In this document: piece after piece, positions 40,884-57,585 of the stretch
How the letters are laid out: every line of letters begins with the position of its first letter
Numbering within the stretch: position 1 is the stretch's first letter
Assembly: GCF_009914755.1 (NCBI RefSeq)
Contig: NC_060933.1
Origin: the human T2T-CHM13v2.0 reference genome, Homo sapiens
Reading direction: 5' to 3' (one strand)
Length of the DNA: 64,000 nt
The notes under the pieces: generated by a model
Told to the model about the DNA's origin: nothing
Database searches by the model: none
What the model saw: the letters and a program-made list of their open reading frames with translations, nothing else
Position numbers and translations under genes: made by a program

Positions 40884-40975
40884 TTTTTTTTTTTTTTTAG
40901 CAGCAGCAAGATTTATTGTGAAGAGCAAAAGAACAAAGCTTCCGCAGCGTGGAAGGGGACCAGAGCGGGTTGCCC
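40884..40975 (-). mobile_element. polyadenylated retrocopy of the LTR12 (ERV9) R region
   Basis: Minus: GGGCAACCCGCTCTGGTCCCCTTCCACGCTGCGGAAGCTTTGTTCTTTTGCTCTTCACAATAAATCTTGCTGCTGCT then A15. 15-bp TSD with 1 mismatch (40874-40888, 40976-40990). Confidence 0.8.
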
Positions 40976-42993
40976 TCTGATAGCATTTTTATTTCCTGTA
41001 ACGCACCCCTCCTCAGTATTCTGCTTGGTTCTATTTTTCTGAAGTTGATTAATTGGTGACTGCCTCACGAAGACTAGCCACATATTTCATCTCCATCAAG
41101 AAGAAAGATTTATTCCAATGACTTTGCTGTCACAAACCTTCTGATTGAAAACCCAAATGTTCATCAACAGGGACTGTCTAAATAGGTTAAAAAACATTCA
41201 AATCTACATAAACATTTAAATCCATACGTACTTGTTAATGGTTTTATTCATAAAACCGTATGTACATTGGCCTAAGCAGTAATTAAAATCAAGTAAGCCA
41301 GTCTTACATGCACCAACTCAGAACAATCATTCTAATAAGAAACACTATGAAAACGGAAAAATGTGCAAAACAACATGTGTGCTACTCGCACGTGTATGGT
41401 AGAGAATATATAGTATATATAGTATGCATGCACAGCCTATTTCTAGAAGGCTTCACAAGAAACTGGGAAGAGTAGTTGCCTCTAGAGAAGGACACTTGGA
41501 GACTGTGAGACCAACTTTTCTGCACGTACTCCTGTGCACCTTTAGAATTGGAGTTCTGTACCATGTAAATGCATTACTTGTCCTAAAATTAAATCCCATT
41601 CAACACAGATCCTTTCAAGAGGTATAAACAATAACGGGCAGAAACTATGTATAGGCCCACCCGTTCCCAGCCCCATCCGTCCTCGGCGAGGCCCTCTCCT
41701 GGGAAGGGCACAACGTTAGCGGGACTTGGCTTCTCAGTCTCAGCAGGCTTCACCTCCCGCACACCCCCCGCAGCTACCGGCCGGGGACTGGTACTCAGGG
41801 CAACCCCTTCCTATGCCCGCTCTGGTTCCCAAGGGCCATCCACCAAAGCCGAGAAACCCGCTCTGCTCTCAGCTTCATTTCAAAACGAACTTAGTTTCCA
41901 GATTGTCCATGAACCTAGAATATTATTTCTCCTAAACGTCTGTGTTTGTCTAAACACTTCCACTTAATGTTCTCGCCACTCCAGCTTACCTGGTTTATCA
42001 AAGGCTAGGGGCTGGAAACAGTTTTTAATAACGCCACGCACCGAGGTTGACACATTCCCCGCCACTGAAAACAGACTGCCAATTCCCTCAAAATCGTGGA
42101 CAGCTCTGCTGTTTACACAGCGTTGCCACATACATCATCACATTTAATGCCTTCACACGCGTCACTGTCAATCCCAGCAAACCTAACAGCTGCCAAATTG
42201 GATTTATGAGTCTCCAAGAACAGTCGAATCAGCACTAACAGAACAGCTATCGAAGGGCTGCTTGGCTACCTGCTCTGGCTGGCTGGGATTTCTCAAAAGT
42301 GACAACCCGGACATTCGTCTTGCCGGCTGGCTCGAATGCCACCAACGTGACACCTTCCTTCTCGAGGCCCCGGCGGGGAGCGGACCCCGGGAGGCGGAGG
42401 CGTTCGGGGGGCGCGCTAGGGGGCAGGGCGCGGGAGGCCCAGGAGAGGGGCTCGGGCTTACGCGCCGGACGGGCAACGCGGCGCCCAGGGTCCCAAGGCT
42501 ACGGAGCAGCGGGGGTTTGGCCAACGCCAAAAAGGGGCAGCTCCCGTGCCAGGCGCGTTCAGCGCGCTCGGGGAATCCTCAGGGGCTGATTCAGAGGTTG
42601 TGACTCGCGCGAGGGCCAACCGGGCTCGCAATCCCTGAAGGCGGAATCCACAGGAACTCAGAAGCAGCCCGCGGGGAGGAGCTGCAGGTTCGAGGCGCCG
42701 GGCTGACGCCCGCAACTTAGAAAGGTGACCCTCGGTCCATCTTGCTGGTGGAGGAGGGTGCACAAGCTAAAGTTAAAGCTCGCAGCCCACGCAGCTAGAA
42801 ACTCGGGGCGGGGGGCGCTCCTCAGGAGCCAGGCTCCTAAAGGGGGTGTGGCGGCCGGGGCGTTTAAGGGGGTGGGGGCGAAGGCATTTCGGCCCGGCCC
42901 CGGAGGCCCCGGGCAGCCCGGTGGGAGGTGGGCCAGGGCCCCGCGCCGGGTGCGGCCGTCCGGGGCCCTCCGCGCGCCCACTGGCCGGCTCAC

Positions 42994-43153
42994 CGGTGAT
43001 GTCCAGGTACACGTCGTCCTGGGGGTCCCGGCGGCGCGGGTCTTGCTGCGTGGAGCTGCGGATCTTCTTCACACCCGGCGAGGTCGACGAGCAGCGCCGC
43101 GAGCAGGGGGGCGCGGCGGCCCAGCTCGACCGCCGCTCGCTTTTCCGCTTCAT
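42994..43153 (-). CDS. CDC14B: CDC14B dual-specificity phosphatase, coding part of exon 1 (codons 1-53 plus 1 nt)
   Basis: Translates [53 protein letters not shown], recognised as the human CDC14B N-terminus including the basic KKIR nucleolar-targeting motif. Ends at donor CCG|GTGAGC (GT at 42993-42992), phase 1. Lies in the CpG island. Confidence 0.96.
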
Positions 43154-43610
43154 GGAGGCGGCCGCGGCCCGTCAGGGGGCCACGACCATGGCCCCGCGCG
43201 CCCGCGCGCCCGCCGAGGCTCCCGCCAGCCCCGCGCGGGCGCTCGGGGCGGCGGGCGCAGAGCGGCGCTGCGGGGACGGCGGGCGCCGGCAGAGCCCGGC
43301 GGGAGGCGGTCGCGCAGGAGCCGGAGGAGGAGCCCGGCCCACAGCGCCTGCCCCGCTGCCTCCCGCGGCCGCCGCAGGACCGGCGCCGCAGCCCTCGCTA
43401 CAGCGCCTCCTGCCGCGGCCGGCGCCCCCAGCCCGCCCCCAGGTGCCCGCAGCCGGCTGGCGCGGCCGAGGCGACGGGGCTGCAGCTGGCGGCCGGAGCT
43501 GCCCGGGGTAACCGTGCGTGCCCACCGCGGCCGCGGCCGCTGCTGCGTAGGCGCCGGGGCACAGCAGGACGCGGCTCGTGGGGACCCCAGGAGGGCTGTT
43601 CCGTGGCGCT
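43154..43610 (-). other. CDC14B: CDC14B 5' UTR (GC-rich; TSS position approximate)
   Basis: GC-rich stretch between the CCAAT/CRE promoter elements (43666-43761) and the start codon. The exact TSS cannot be read from sequence. Confidence 0.7.
43172..43189 (-). promoter_or_regulatory. upstream ORF M-V-V-A-P-stop in CDC14B 5' UTR
   Basis: ggggccATGGTCGTGGCCCCCTGA. Strong Kozak (G-3, G+4). In frame with, and 36 nt upstream of, the main ATG. Confidence 0.8.
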
Positions 43611-43665
43611 TCATTCACAAAAAAGGGCCCACAACCCTCCTCGGGGCCCGCAGACTGAGGCCTTT

Positions 43666-43765
43666 CATTGGCCAATGCGGCGTGACGTCACGGAGACGGG
43701 GCCTTTCTACAGGCAGGTACTCGGTGACGCCATAAAGAAAACTCTGAGGGCTTCCGCCAATCAGA
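43666..43765. promoter_or_regulatory. proximal promoter module: back-to-back CCAAT boxes, full CRE, half CRE, third CCAAT
   Basis: CATTGGCCAATG 43666-43677; CGTGACGTCACG 43681-43692 (TGACGTCA 43683-43690); TGACG 43725-43729; GCCAATCAG with CCAAT at 43757-43761. Confidence 0.8.
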
Positions 43766-45950
43766 GATAAAGTGTGCTAGCGACCTTCGCCAGCCCCCCA
43801 ACTTTTGTTTCTTCTGTGTCCTCCAGGTGCCAGCACCCCAGATCCCAACTTTCTTTAGTGAGTCACCAAACATTTACACAGCCCCACCCTAGTAACTTAA
43901 CTCCAGGTCTTTGGCATATATATATCTTAAAGTATTTCTTGAATTTCCTTGTAATTCGCGCCAAGAGAAAGGGACTTTTGCCATGGCTGCCAGCTTGGAA
44001 GAGGATGGCCTGATTACATTACCTGCAGCTATATAGATTTAAAGTAGAGTTGATTTCAGAACTTAAGTAAAACTATTTAAACAACTACGCTCTATTTATC
44101 GACCTATGCCCAGCATTCAAACAGGCCAAGCAAGGGCTTCTTAAGGACCCGATGAAACTTCCGTGGAACCACAATATACCGTGGTTGTTTGCACCTCAGA
44201 GTTTCTCATCTCGGAATCCAGCGCCCACATTAATTCAGTAAGTTTATACACTCATTGCTGTGTATACTGAGGTGTCGACAGGTCCGATTATATCATGAAG
44301 TATTGAAGCAAGGGGCAAGTTTTGTCCTTAAACTTCTTTATCTGGCACACTGTAGGGTCATATCCTCTTCTTTTTCTACTGGATTAAAATAATGCCCTAT
44401 CTTCCTGGAACTTAACCAAAAACTGTCATTTTGGAGGGCCTTTAAACAAACGTCCATGGTAGCATCTAAAAGGGTGAGAAGATTGGAGGGCAGTGTTAAG
44501 ATTTCACGGCCCCAAATTTTACAACATCTGCAAGCTGTCCCTATTTTTCACCAGCACTTGAACGTTTTATCCTGCAGTTCCGCAGTTAACTGCCAGCCTG
44601 GGGAAAAGAAAGATGAATTTGAGTCAGTCCCCTTGGAAGCCTCTCAGAAATGCAAATTTTCATAGAGCACCTCAGGAAGGGGCTCTTTGACTTCTATTGT
44701 TGTGGGCTTTTACCTTAAGCACGGCTAAATAAGGAAGTAGGGGGGCTGTGTCTGAAGCTAGAGATCAGCAACTCTGTAAGCACTTTTTCTTAAGGTTGGT
44801 TCTCCTGTTCACTCTTCCTCTGTTTCCCCTAAGGAAATCAGTGAAGGCCTTAAATTTAAAATGATCTACATGTCTGTCTGTAGGGGCAGCAAAGAAGCTA
44901 GAGACGTGGGAGGCTGTGCGGCGCTGCGCAAGTAAGTTTTAGAGAGCAGAAACGGTAGGGTCACAGTCCTTTGTTTTGACCTGGAGGAGGAGGAGGAGAC
45001 CTTTCAGACCGGCCTAGGGGCTCAGCATTGGAAAGCCACCCAGTTTCCCAGACTACCAGGGATTTTAAATGAGTGGGTCTTGTTTTGAATAGATATTACA
45101 GGAGAGTGGTCCGTGTGGCTCCCTGGAAGTACAGAGAAACTACCTCCATGACATTATGATCTTTTGAGAGTAATTTGTTTAAATGTCAGGAGGCAGAGGT
45201 TGCAGTGAGCCGAGATCGTGCCATTGCACTCCAGCCTGGGTGACAGAGCTAGACTCCGTCTCAGAAAAAAAAAAAAAAAAGTGTCATAAATACAGATAAT
45301 TATACCATTTAAATATTTTCATACTTTGCAAGTATATAATTTTATGCTTTGTATAGTAGGAACAGACAAAGTATAGGACTACACTTTGTAATTACGCGAA
45401 AGTATCTTCCCTTCTTGTGAATAGGAAGTCTGTGTGCTGAGTATACACATTAAAGTTTTAAACCCTATTTATATTTTGTTTTTAGGTCATGTTTAGATAG
45501 AGGCAGAAAAGTGCTGTTTCCTAGCTGATACTTGTTTTGTGTGTGTGGCACTGCTCTTGAACTGTTTGACTCCTCCCCCTCTTTGATAAGTTGACTCCTG
45601 GGCTCTGAGAATTTGGCCACAGGAAATGTATTTTAGTTTGCTTCCCTGGTTAGTTTGTTGTTCATTGCTTGACGACTCATCATAGAATTTTAGAGCTTGA
45701 AAGCTCCTTAGACAATATTTGGTCCAAGGCTATCCTTTCACAGTGAGGACACGGGGACCCAGATGAGTGGCAGTGGCCAGGCTGGGGTGGGAACCAAAAC
45801 TCTCTAGGATCTGGCTTGTCTTTTCCTGAACTGTGGCGCTTAGGGAACAGATGCGTCTGGTTGATTCTCAACATTATGGCAGCACAATGAAAAGGAAAAA
45901 AAAAAAAAAAAGGAGGGATTCTCTAAAATATTCCTATCTTTCCTAGGTAA

Positions 45951-46294
<344 letters not shown>

Positions 46295-46636
46295 GGAACA
46301 TTTTCTTATATGTATATTCCAGATAGAGCATATTCTGAAAATGTGAAATCTTACGCTAAAATCAGTAGCAACTGGTTGATAGAGACGTGATATGAATTTC
46401 AAATAATGTAAGTTTCAGAATCCGTGAATTACAATTTTAATTATGTGAAGATAAATAAGTTGTACAAAGTCAATTTCCATAAGTTGGTTAATTTCATAAA
46501 AAGTTAAATTTGATAAATATGGTACGTTCCATAAGAGGTTAAATTTCCATAAAACTAGAGGGCTTAGGTGGCAGTCATATGGGAAAACGGGCACACACTG
46601 AAGTCTTCACTTTCATATATAAAAAGAGTTGGTTTT

Positions 46637-46941
46637 GGCCGGGCGTGGTGGCTCACATCTGTAATCCCCGCACTTTGGGAGGCTGAGGCGGGCAGATCAC
46701 CTGAGGTCAGGAGTTCAAGACCAGCCTGGTCAACATGGGGAAACCCTGTCTCTATTAAAAATACAAAAATAAGCTGGGCGTGGTGACACGTGCCTGTAAT
46801 CCCAGCTACTTGGGAGGCTGAGGCAGGAGAATTGCTCCAACCTGGGAAGCGGAGGTTGCAGTGAGCCAAGATCACGCCACTGCCCTCCATCCTGGGCCAC
46901 AGAGCAAGACTCCGTCTCAAACAAACAAACAAACAAAAAAA
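46637..46941 (+). mobile_element. AluS
   Basis: TSD aaaaagagttggtttt. Confidence 0.95.
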
Positions 46942-47444
46942 GAGTTGGTTTTGTTTCATTGGCTATCCTGGCAATCCCAACATTAATCTGAAGTCTGCCA
47001 TGTTCATGCCCCTTAAGATGAAAATCTTTTAGAACCATAAAAATGGAAGGAATGAATGTTTGTTGAGCTACCAGCAAATACTAGACATGCTAGGGGCTTC
47101 ATACTCATGCCCTGTTCCGTGGTATTCTCATTTGAGAGGTCATGGCAGTTACCCTAGGTCACTAAATGAGTTTGGTTTGGAAACCCAGGATACAGAACCA
47201 CACGTGGCTCGAGTACTGAGGGGCTGGCATCATTCTTCATTGACAAGAGCAGGATCTAAAGGGATCCTGCCTTGCAGGTGGGCTTCTGAAATTAAATAAC
47301 CTGTATAGTTGTGTAAAATGTCAGAAACTTGGATGAACGCCTTTGGATCTCAGACCACACCGTAATATTGTAGGTTTTTAAAACAATATTTCTGCGGTTG
47401 ATTTGTTTTTTGGTTATATACACTCCTGCTTTAAAAAATAACTA

Positions 47445-47785
47445 CAATCATGCATCACTTAACGATGGGGATGCTTCTAAGAAATGTGTCATTAGGTTAT
47501 TTCATCATTGTACAAATATTGTAGAGTGTACTTACACAAACCTAGATGGTATGGTCTACTACATACCTAGGCTGTATGGTAGAGCCAATTTCTCCTAGGC
47601 TACAAACAGGTACAGCATGTTACTATACTGAATACTGTAGGTGACTGTAACTGGTAAGTATTCATGTATCTAAACATCATCTAAACATAGAAAAGTTACA
47701 GCAAAAATATGGTATTAAAACCTTATGGGACCACTGTCCTGTATGTGGTCTGTTGAATAAAACATTGCTTTGTGGTACATGACTG
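47445..47785. mobile_element. Tigger3a-like (Golem) non-autonomous DNA transposon
   Basis: TA TSDs. Termini CAATCATGCATCACTTAACG ... GTACATGACTG. Length ~340 bp. Confidence 0.85.
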
Positions 47786-47961
47786 TAAATAAAATAAATA
47801 ATAATAATGAAATGCCAGGGGGCAGGGGTAGGGGACGATGAGAATTCTGGTTATTTTAAGTCTTGTGTTCAGAGTATGACTGAAGATGCCTTTACCTGAA
47901 AGCCACAGAGGTCTGAGCCTCAAGGGACTGAATGATACCCAAATCTTCCTCAAGAATTACC

Positions 47962-52292
<4,331 letters not shown>

Positions 52293-52466
52293 TCAATGAG
52301 TTTTAAAAATATATACACCTGTATAACCACCGTCCAAAAAGAAGATATAGGAGCAACAGGACTTTTAAAAAAAAAAGCCATCCTTGCAAAGCTAAGGATG
52401 GTTTCCTGGTCAGCCCTCTCTCCTGACTATCTCTTGCTGCATCCTCTCTTCTTGTTGCTCTCACTG

Positions 52467-52656
52467 CTCTCCATCTCTCTCACTGCTCTCCATCTCTCTC
52501 ACATCTCTCCATCTCTCTCATGTCTCTCCGACTGTCTCGCATCTCTCCATCTCTCTCACCGCTCTCCATCTCTCTTGCCGCTCTCCATCTCTCTGGCATC
52601 TCTCCCTCTCTCTTACATCTCTCCATCTCTTTCGCCGCTGTCAAGTCTCTGACACC
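52467..52656. repeat. 19-bp CT-rich minisatellite, ~10 units (CTCTCCATCTCTCT plus 5 variable nt)
   Basis: Units start at 52467, 52486, 52505, 52524, 52543, 52562, 52581, 52600, 52619 and 52638. Confidence 0.9.
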
Positions 52657-55128
52657 TGTTTGGCACCAGACCTCGGCTCCGGAAACACCTCTGGCTTGCT
52701 TACTCTGACCAAGTTGGACAGGCTCTGCTGGCTGGAGTCTCGGTCCTCTTCTTCAGACAGAACTTGGCTGTTCTCTCTTGGGCTCTGCAACATTTGCTAC
52801 AAATCCAAGTTGTCCCTGCCTTTGGCCCCCGCTGCCAGGCTCACCCCCCAGGTCTCCTCCCTCAGGGGAATGGGAAAGACAGCAGAGAGCCTGCTTCACA
52901 GTCATAATCAATGGAGATCATCAGGTAATCCGAGGTAGCTAACAGCCTCCTTTATCCTCTACACGGTTTTCTTTCCAATCATTGCAGGACAAGAAAGACA
53001 TCCTTGTCTGACTCTCCCCTTATCCACACAATTAGAAGTGAATTAAAGGCATCAATTTCAAGTCACTTCTGTAGTTGTGGAAGGGTGAAGGCAATTTATT
53101 TTTTATCTCCTGTTGTGGCTGGAAAGAAAACTTCTTGCAATGACTTTTCTGGTTTTGGAAGAGAACCAGCAACCAATTCTAAAATATCGGGTGATTTTTC
53201 TTTTTGTTACAAATTCTTCCGAATGTGATGAAATCCTAGCGCACTGGGTTCCCACTCAACCAGAGTTCTCCTTAGGAAAAAGGAGATCAGGAATGACCAA
53301 AATGCACAGATCTATAGTTTTGCATTCTCATATGGTGGGAAGTTTTTCTCTATTCATGATTTTTTTTTTCTCTTCAGTGATACCAGAGCATACATTTGGG
53401 CAGATTAGGTTGGATTCTCTATTAAGTTCCTCTTTCCATTTTTAAATGCAGATTCAAATGAGCAGTGAATTATTTTATCCAAAGTTAGGGGCTATATAAA
53501 ATAAAAAAAATGAAGAAGGCTGAAATGGCCCCTTATATAGGCAGTCAGCTTCTAGAAATAGAAGCAAATGAATATTTAACAATACTTAAAGAAAGGCAAT
53601 TTGTTTTCACATTTATATATTAATTATTTTAGTTTGTGCGTTATTAAATATTACATACCTTTTGGGAGGTTGAGGTTGGAAGATCGTTTGAGCCCAGGAA
53701 TTTGAGACCAACCTGGGCAACATAGCAAAACCCCATCTCTACAAAAAAATTTTAAAAATTAGCCCAGCATGGTGGTGTCCACCTGTAGTCTCAGCTCCTT
53801 GGGAGGCTGACGTGGGAGGAACGCTTGAGCCCTGGAGGTTGAGGCTACAGTGAGCCATGATCACCTCACTGCACCCCAGCCTGGGCCACAGAGTGAGACT
53901 CTATCGGGATGCCGAGGTGGGCAGACCACCTGAGATCAGGAGTTCAAGACCAGCCTGGCCAACATGGGGAAAACACATCTCTATTAAAAATACAAAATTA
54001 GCTGAACCCAGGAGGCGGAGGTTCCGTTGAGTCAAGATCACACCACTGCACTCCAGCCTGGGTGACAGAGCGAGACTCTGTCTCAAAAAAAAAAAAAAAA
54101 TCTGGGTGTGGTAGTACACACCTATAGTCCCAGCAGCTTGGTAGGCTGACGTGGGAAGATTGCTTGAGCCCAGAAGTTCAAGGCTGCAGTTCAAAAGGCT
54201 TGAGCCTTCAGATTGCTTGAGTCCAGGAGTTCAAGGCTATGATTGTGTCACTTCACTCTGTCCTGGGCAACAGAGGGAGACCCCTGTCTTTAAAATAAAT
54301 AAGTAAATGAATAAATACACATTATATGAAAAAGTCATGCATCTGACTTAAATCTAGCTGCCAAAATAACTTTTTTTTTTTCTTTCCTGAGATGGAGTCT
54401 CACTCTGTTGCCCAGGCTGGGGTGCAGTGGTGCGTTCTCCGCTCACTGCAAGCTCCGCCTCTGGGTTCACGCCATTCTCCCGCCTCAGCCTCCCGAGTAG
54501 CTGAGACTACAGGCACTTGCCACCACACCCGGCTAATTTTTTGTATTTTTAGTAGAGAAGGGGTTTCACTGTGTTAGCCAGGATGGTCTCGATCTCCTGA
54601 CCTTGTGATCTGCCCACCCAGGCCTCCCAAAGTGCTGGGATTACAGGTGTGAGCCACCACGCCTGGCCGGTCACAGGTCTCTCTACCAGAATGTCTCCGG
54701 TGCTATATTTTACTTTCCAAATTATACAGCATTCATCATTTTTTCCAATACATTTTTAAAGCATTTGCTTTTGTTTCATTTTCTTACTGTGTGGCAAATT
54801 ATTAATTCACATGAAGTCTTTGTACTTGCCGATATAGACAAGAGCAACAAATATCAAAATCTGAGCTTTCAATTTAGGAAAATAAAGTGGAAAGCCCACT
54901 GGATTCAGCAAAAAGTAGGATTAATGTTATGCTTATGAGACATGGATACACATTGCTTAGAAATATGAAGCTATTCCTTATTTACATAAAGTCAGTAAAT
55001 ATGTTCACATTTGACTTACTTTTTTTGGAGGGGGATCATATATGGAGTGGTCTCACTCTGTCACCCAGGCTGGAGTGCAGTGGTGCCATTCCAGTTCACT
55101 GCGGCCTTGACTTCCAGAGCTCAAGTGA

Positions 55129-55389
<261 letters not shown>

Positions 55390-56249
55390 TAGAGACAAGG
55401 TTTCACCATGTTGGCCAGGCTAGTCTTGAACTCCTGACATCAAGTGATCCTCATGCCTTGGCCTCCCAAAGTGCTGGGATGGGGTTTTTCCATGTTGCCC
55501 AGGCTAGTTTTGAACTCCTGGGCTCAAGAGGTCCTCCTGCCTGGACCTCCCAAATTGTTAGGACTACAGGCATGAGTCACCCCACTCAGCCACATTTGGC
55601 ATTTTAAATCCTTAGGCATCAAAATCCAGAAAATGTTAGTGATTACAGGCTGCTCTTAGAGTAAAGTTAAATAACAGTGTTCTGTAATGATTTCTAAAGA
55701 AACCTTAAAAATATTTTACTTACCTATTTTTAAAAATGGCATTGTAAGAAGATTGGCATAATATTTAAAATCATTTTCTAGAAACAAGTTTTACTTCCAT
55801 AAGAGCTTTGATCAAATACCTCCTCATGATGAATAAGGCTAATTACACTTATGGTCTATGTGAGCTGCTTTAAAAAATTATATGCAAGCCTTCTTTGAAC
55901 ACTTCCATCCATGATCCCTCCAAGACCTTCAAATTTGCTGTGAGATTTACTGCACTGTGCAAAGGACAGTTTATCATCCCTGCCCTCTTTTGTTACCTAC
56001 CCTGACGTTCTTCCTGCCCTCCCCAAATAGCTCCTGAATGATTAAAGGCAGAAATTCTGCCTTATCTGTCCTTTAAATCTCCCAGGGTATCAACACATAT
56101 AAGCACTTGAAACCATCTTTTCCTTATCAGACCACATCACCTGTAGGGCAATACTACAGCACAAATCTCGAACAAGAAACGCTACTGGCCAGGTGCGGTG
56201 GCTCACACCTGTAATCCCAGCACTTTGGGAGGCCAAGGCAGGCAGATCA

Positions 56250-56615
<366 letters not shown>

Positions 56616-56839
56616 TCACCCAGGCTGGAGTGGAGTCCTCCTGCCTCAGCCTCCCGAGTAGCTGGGACTACAGGTGCACCACAACACCTGGCCAATTTTT
56701 TTTTTTTTTTTATAGAAACAGGATCTTGCTACATAGTCCAGGCTGGTCTTGAACTCCTGGACTCAAGCAATTCTGCCTTTGCCTCCCAAAGTGCTGGGAC
56801 TACAGGCGTGAGCCTTTGCACCCAGCCTTATTTTAACCT

Positions 56840-57030
56840 TTCAAAGATTTTAAAAGCCTGTCGATTTGAATCCTTTCCCTACAGTAAACTGTAACTGTGA
56901 GTATAACAGCTCTTAGCATGTTCTGTGAGTCCTTCTAGCAAATTATCAAACCTGAGTGTGGTTTTGGAAACCATCTGTAGTTGGTGTCAGAAATGAGGGT
57001 GGGTTGTGCATTGTACCCTCTAACTTTGCA
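56840..57030 (+). mobile_element. MER21-like LTR 3' fragment
   Basis: gagtccttctagcaaattatcaaacctgag...gttggtgtcagaaatgaggg motif. Confidence 0.55.
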
Positions 57031-57275
57031 ATGTTTTGTCTGTATTGCCCATTTATCCTATTATGTTGTCTTGTTTTAAAAAATTGACTTGTAGACATTC
57101 CGATATATTTTTGGTATTAATCTTTTTTGTAGTTATGTGCATTATATATATATAATGCATATATAAATGCATTATATATATGCATATATATATATGCTGG
57201 GCATGGTGGTTCACACCTGTAATCTCAGCACTTTGGGAGCCCGAGGCAGGCAGATCACCTGAGGTCAGGAGTTCA

Positions 57276-57585
<310 letters not shown>

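Larger units (their letters stand above)
42330..43760. promoter_or_regulatory. CpG island / CDC14B promoter
   Basis: Very high GC and CpG density against CpG-depleted flanks. Spans exon 1. Confidence 0.95.

Noticed and set aside
42270-42314. alternative first coding exon MSGLSLLRNPSQPEQ with CAG|GTAGCC donor
   Set aside because: 45 nt, phase 0, so out of frame with the phase-1 exon 2. Weak donor.
42773-42993. continuation of the 126-aa CDC14B ORF past DIT (GEPASGRAE...)
   Set aside because: Reads through the GTGAGC donor into intron 1.
42725-43735. 336-aa and 221-aa plus-strand ORFs in the CpG island
   Set aside because: Low-complexity R/A/G/P content, antisense to CDC14B exon 1, non-ATG starts. 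Expected where stop codons are rare in GC-rich DNA.
52467-52656. CRISPR-like look of conserved core plus variable ends
   Set aside because: Variable parts are only 5 nt and related to each other. Human DNA with no cas genes; this is a minisatellite.
52296-52708. RE/RD-rich processed pseudogene or L/S-rich ORFs
   Set aside because: The 19-nt period is not a multiple of 3, the minus frames contain stops, and no parent gene or TSD/poly(A) was recognised.
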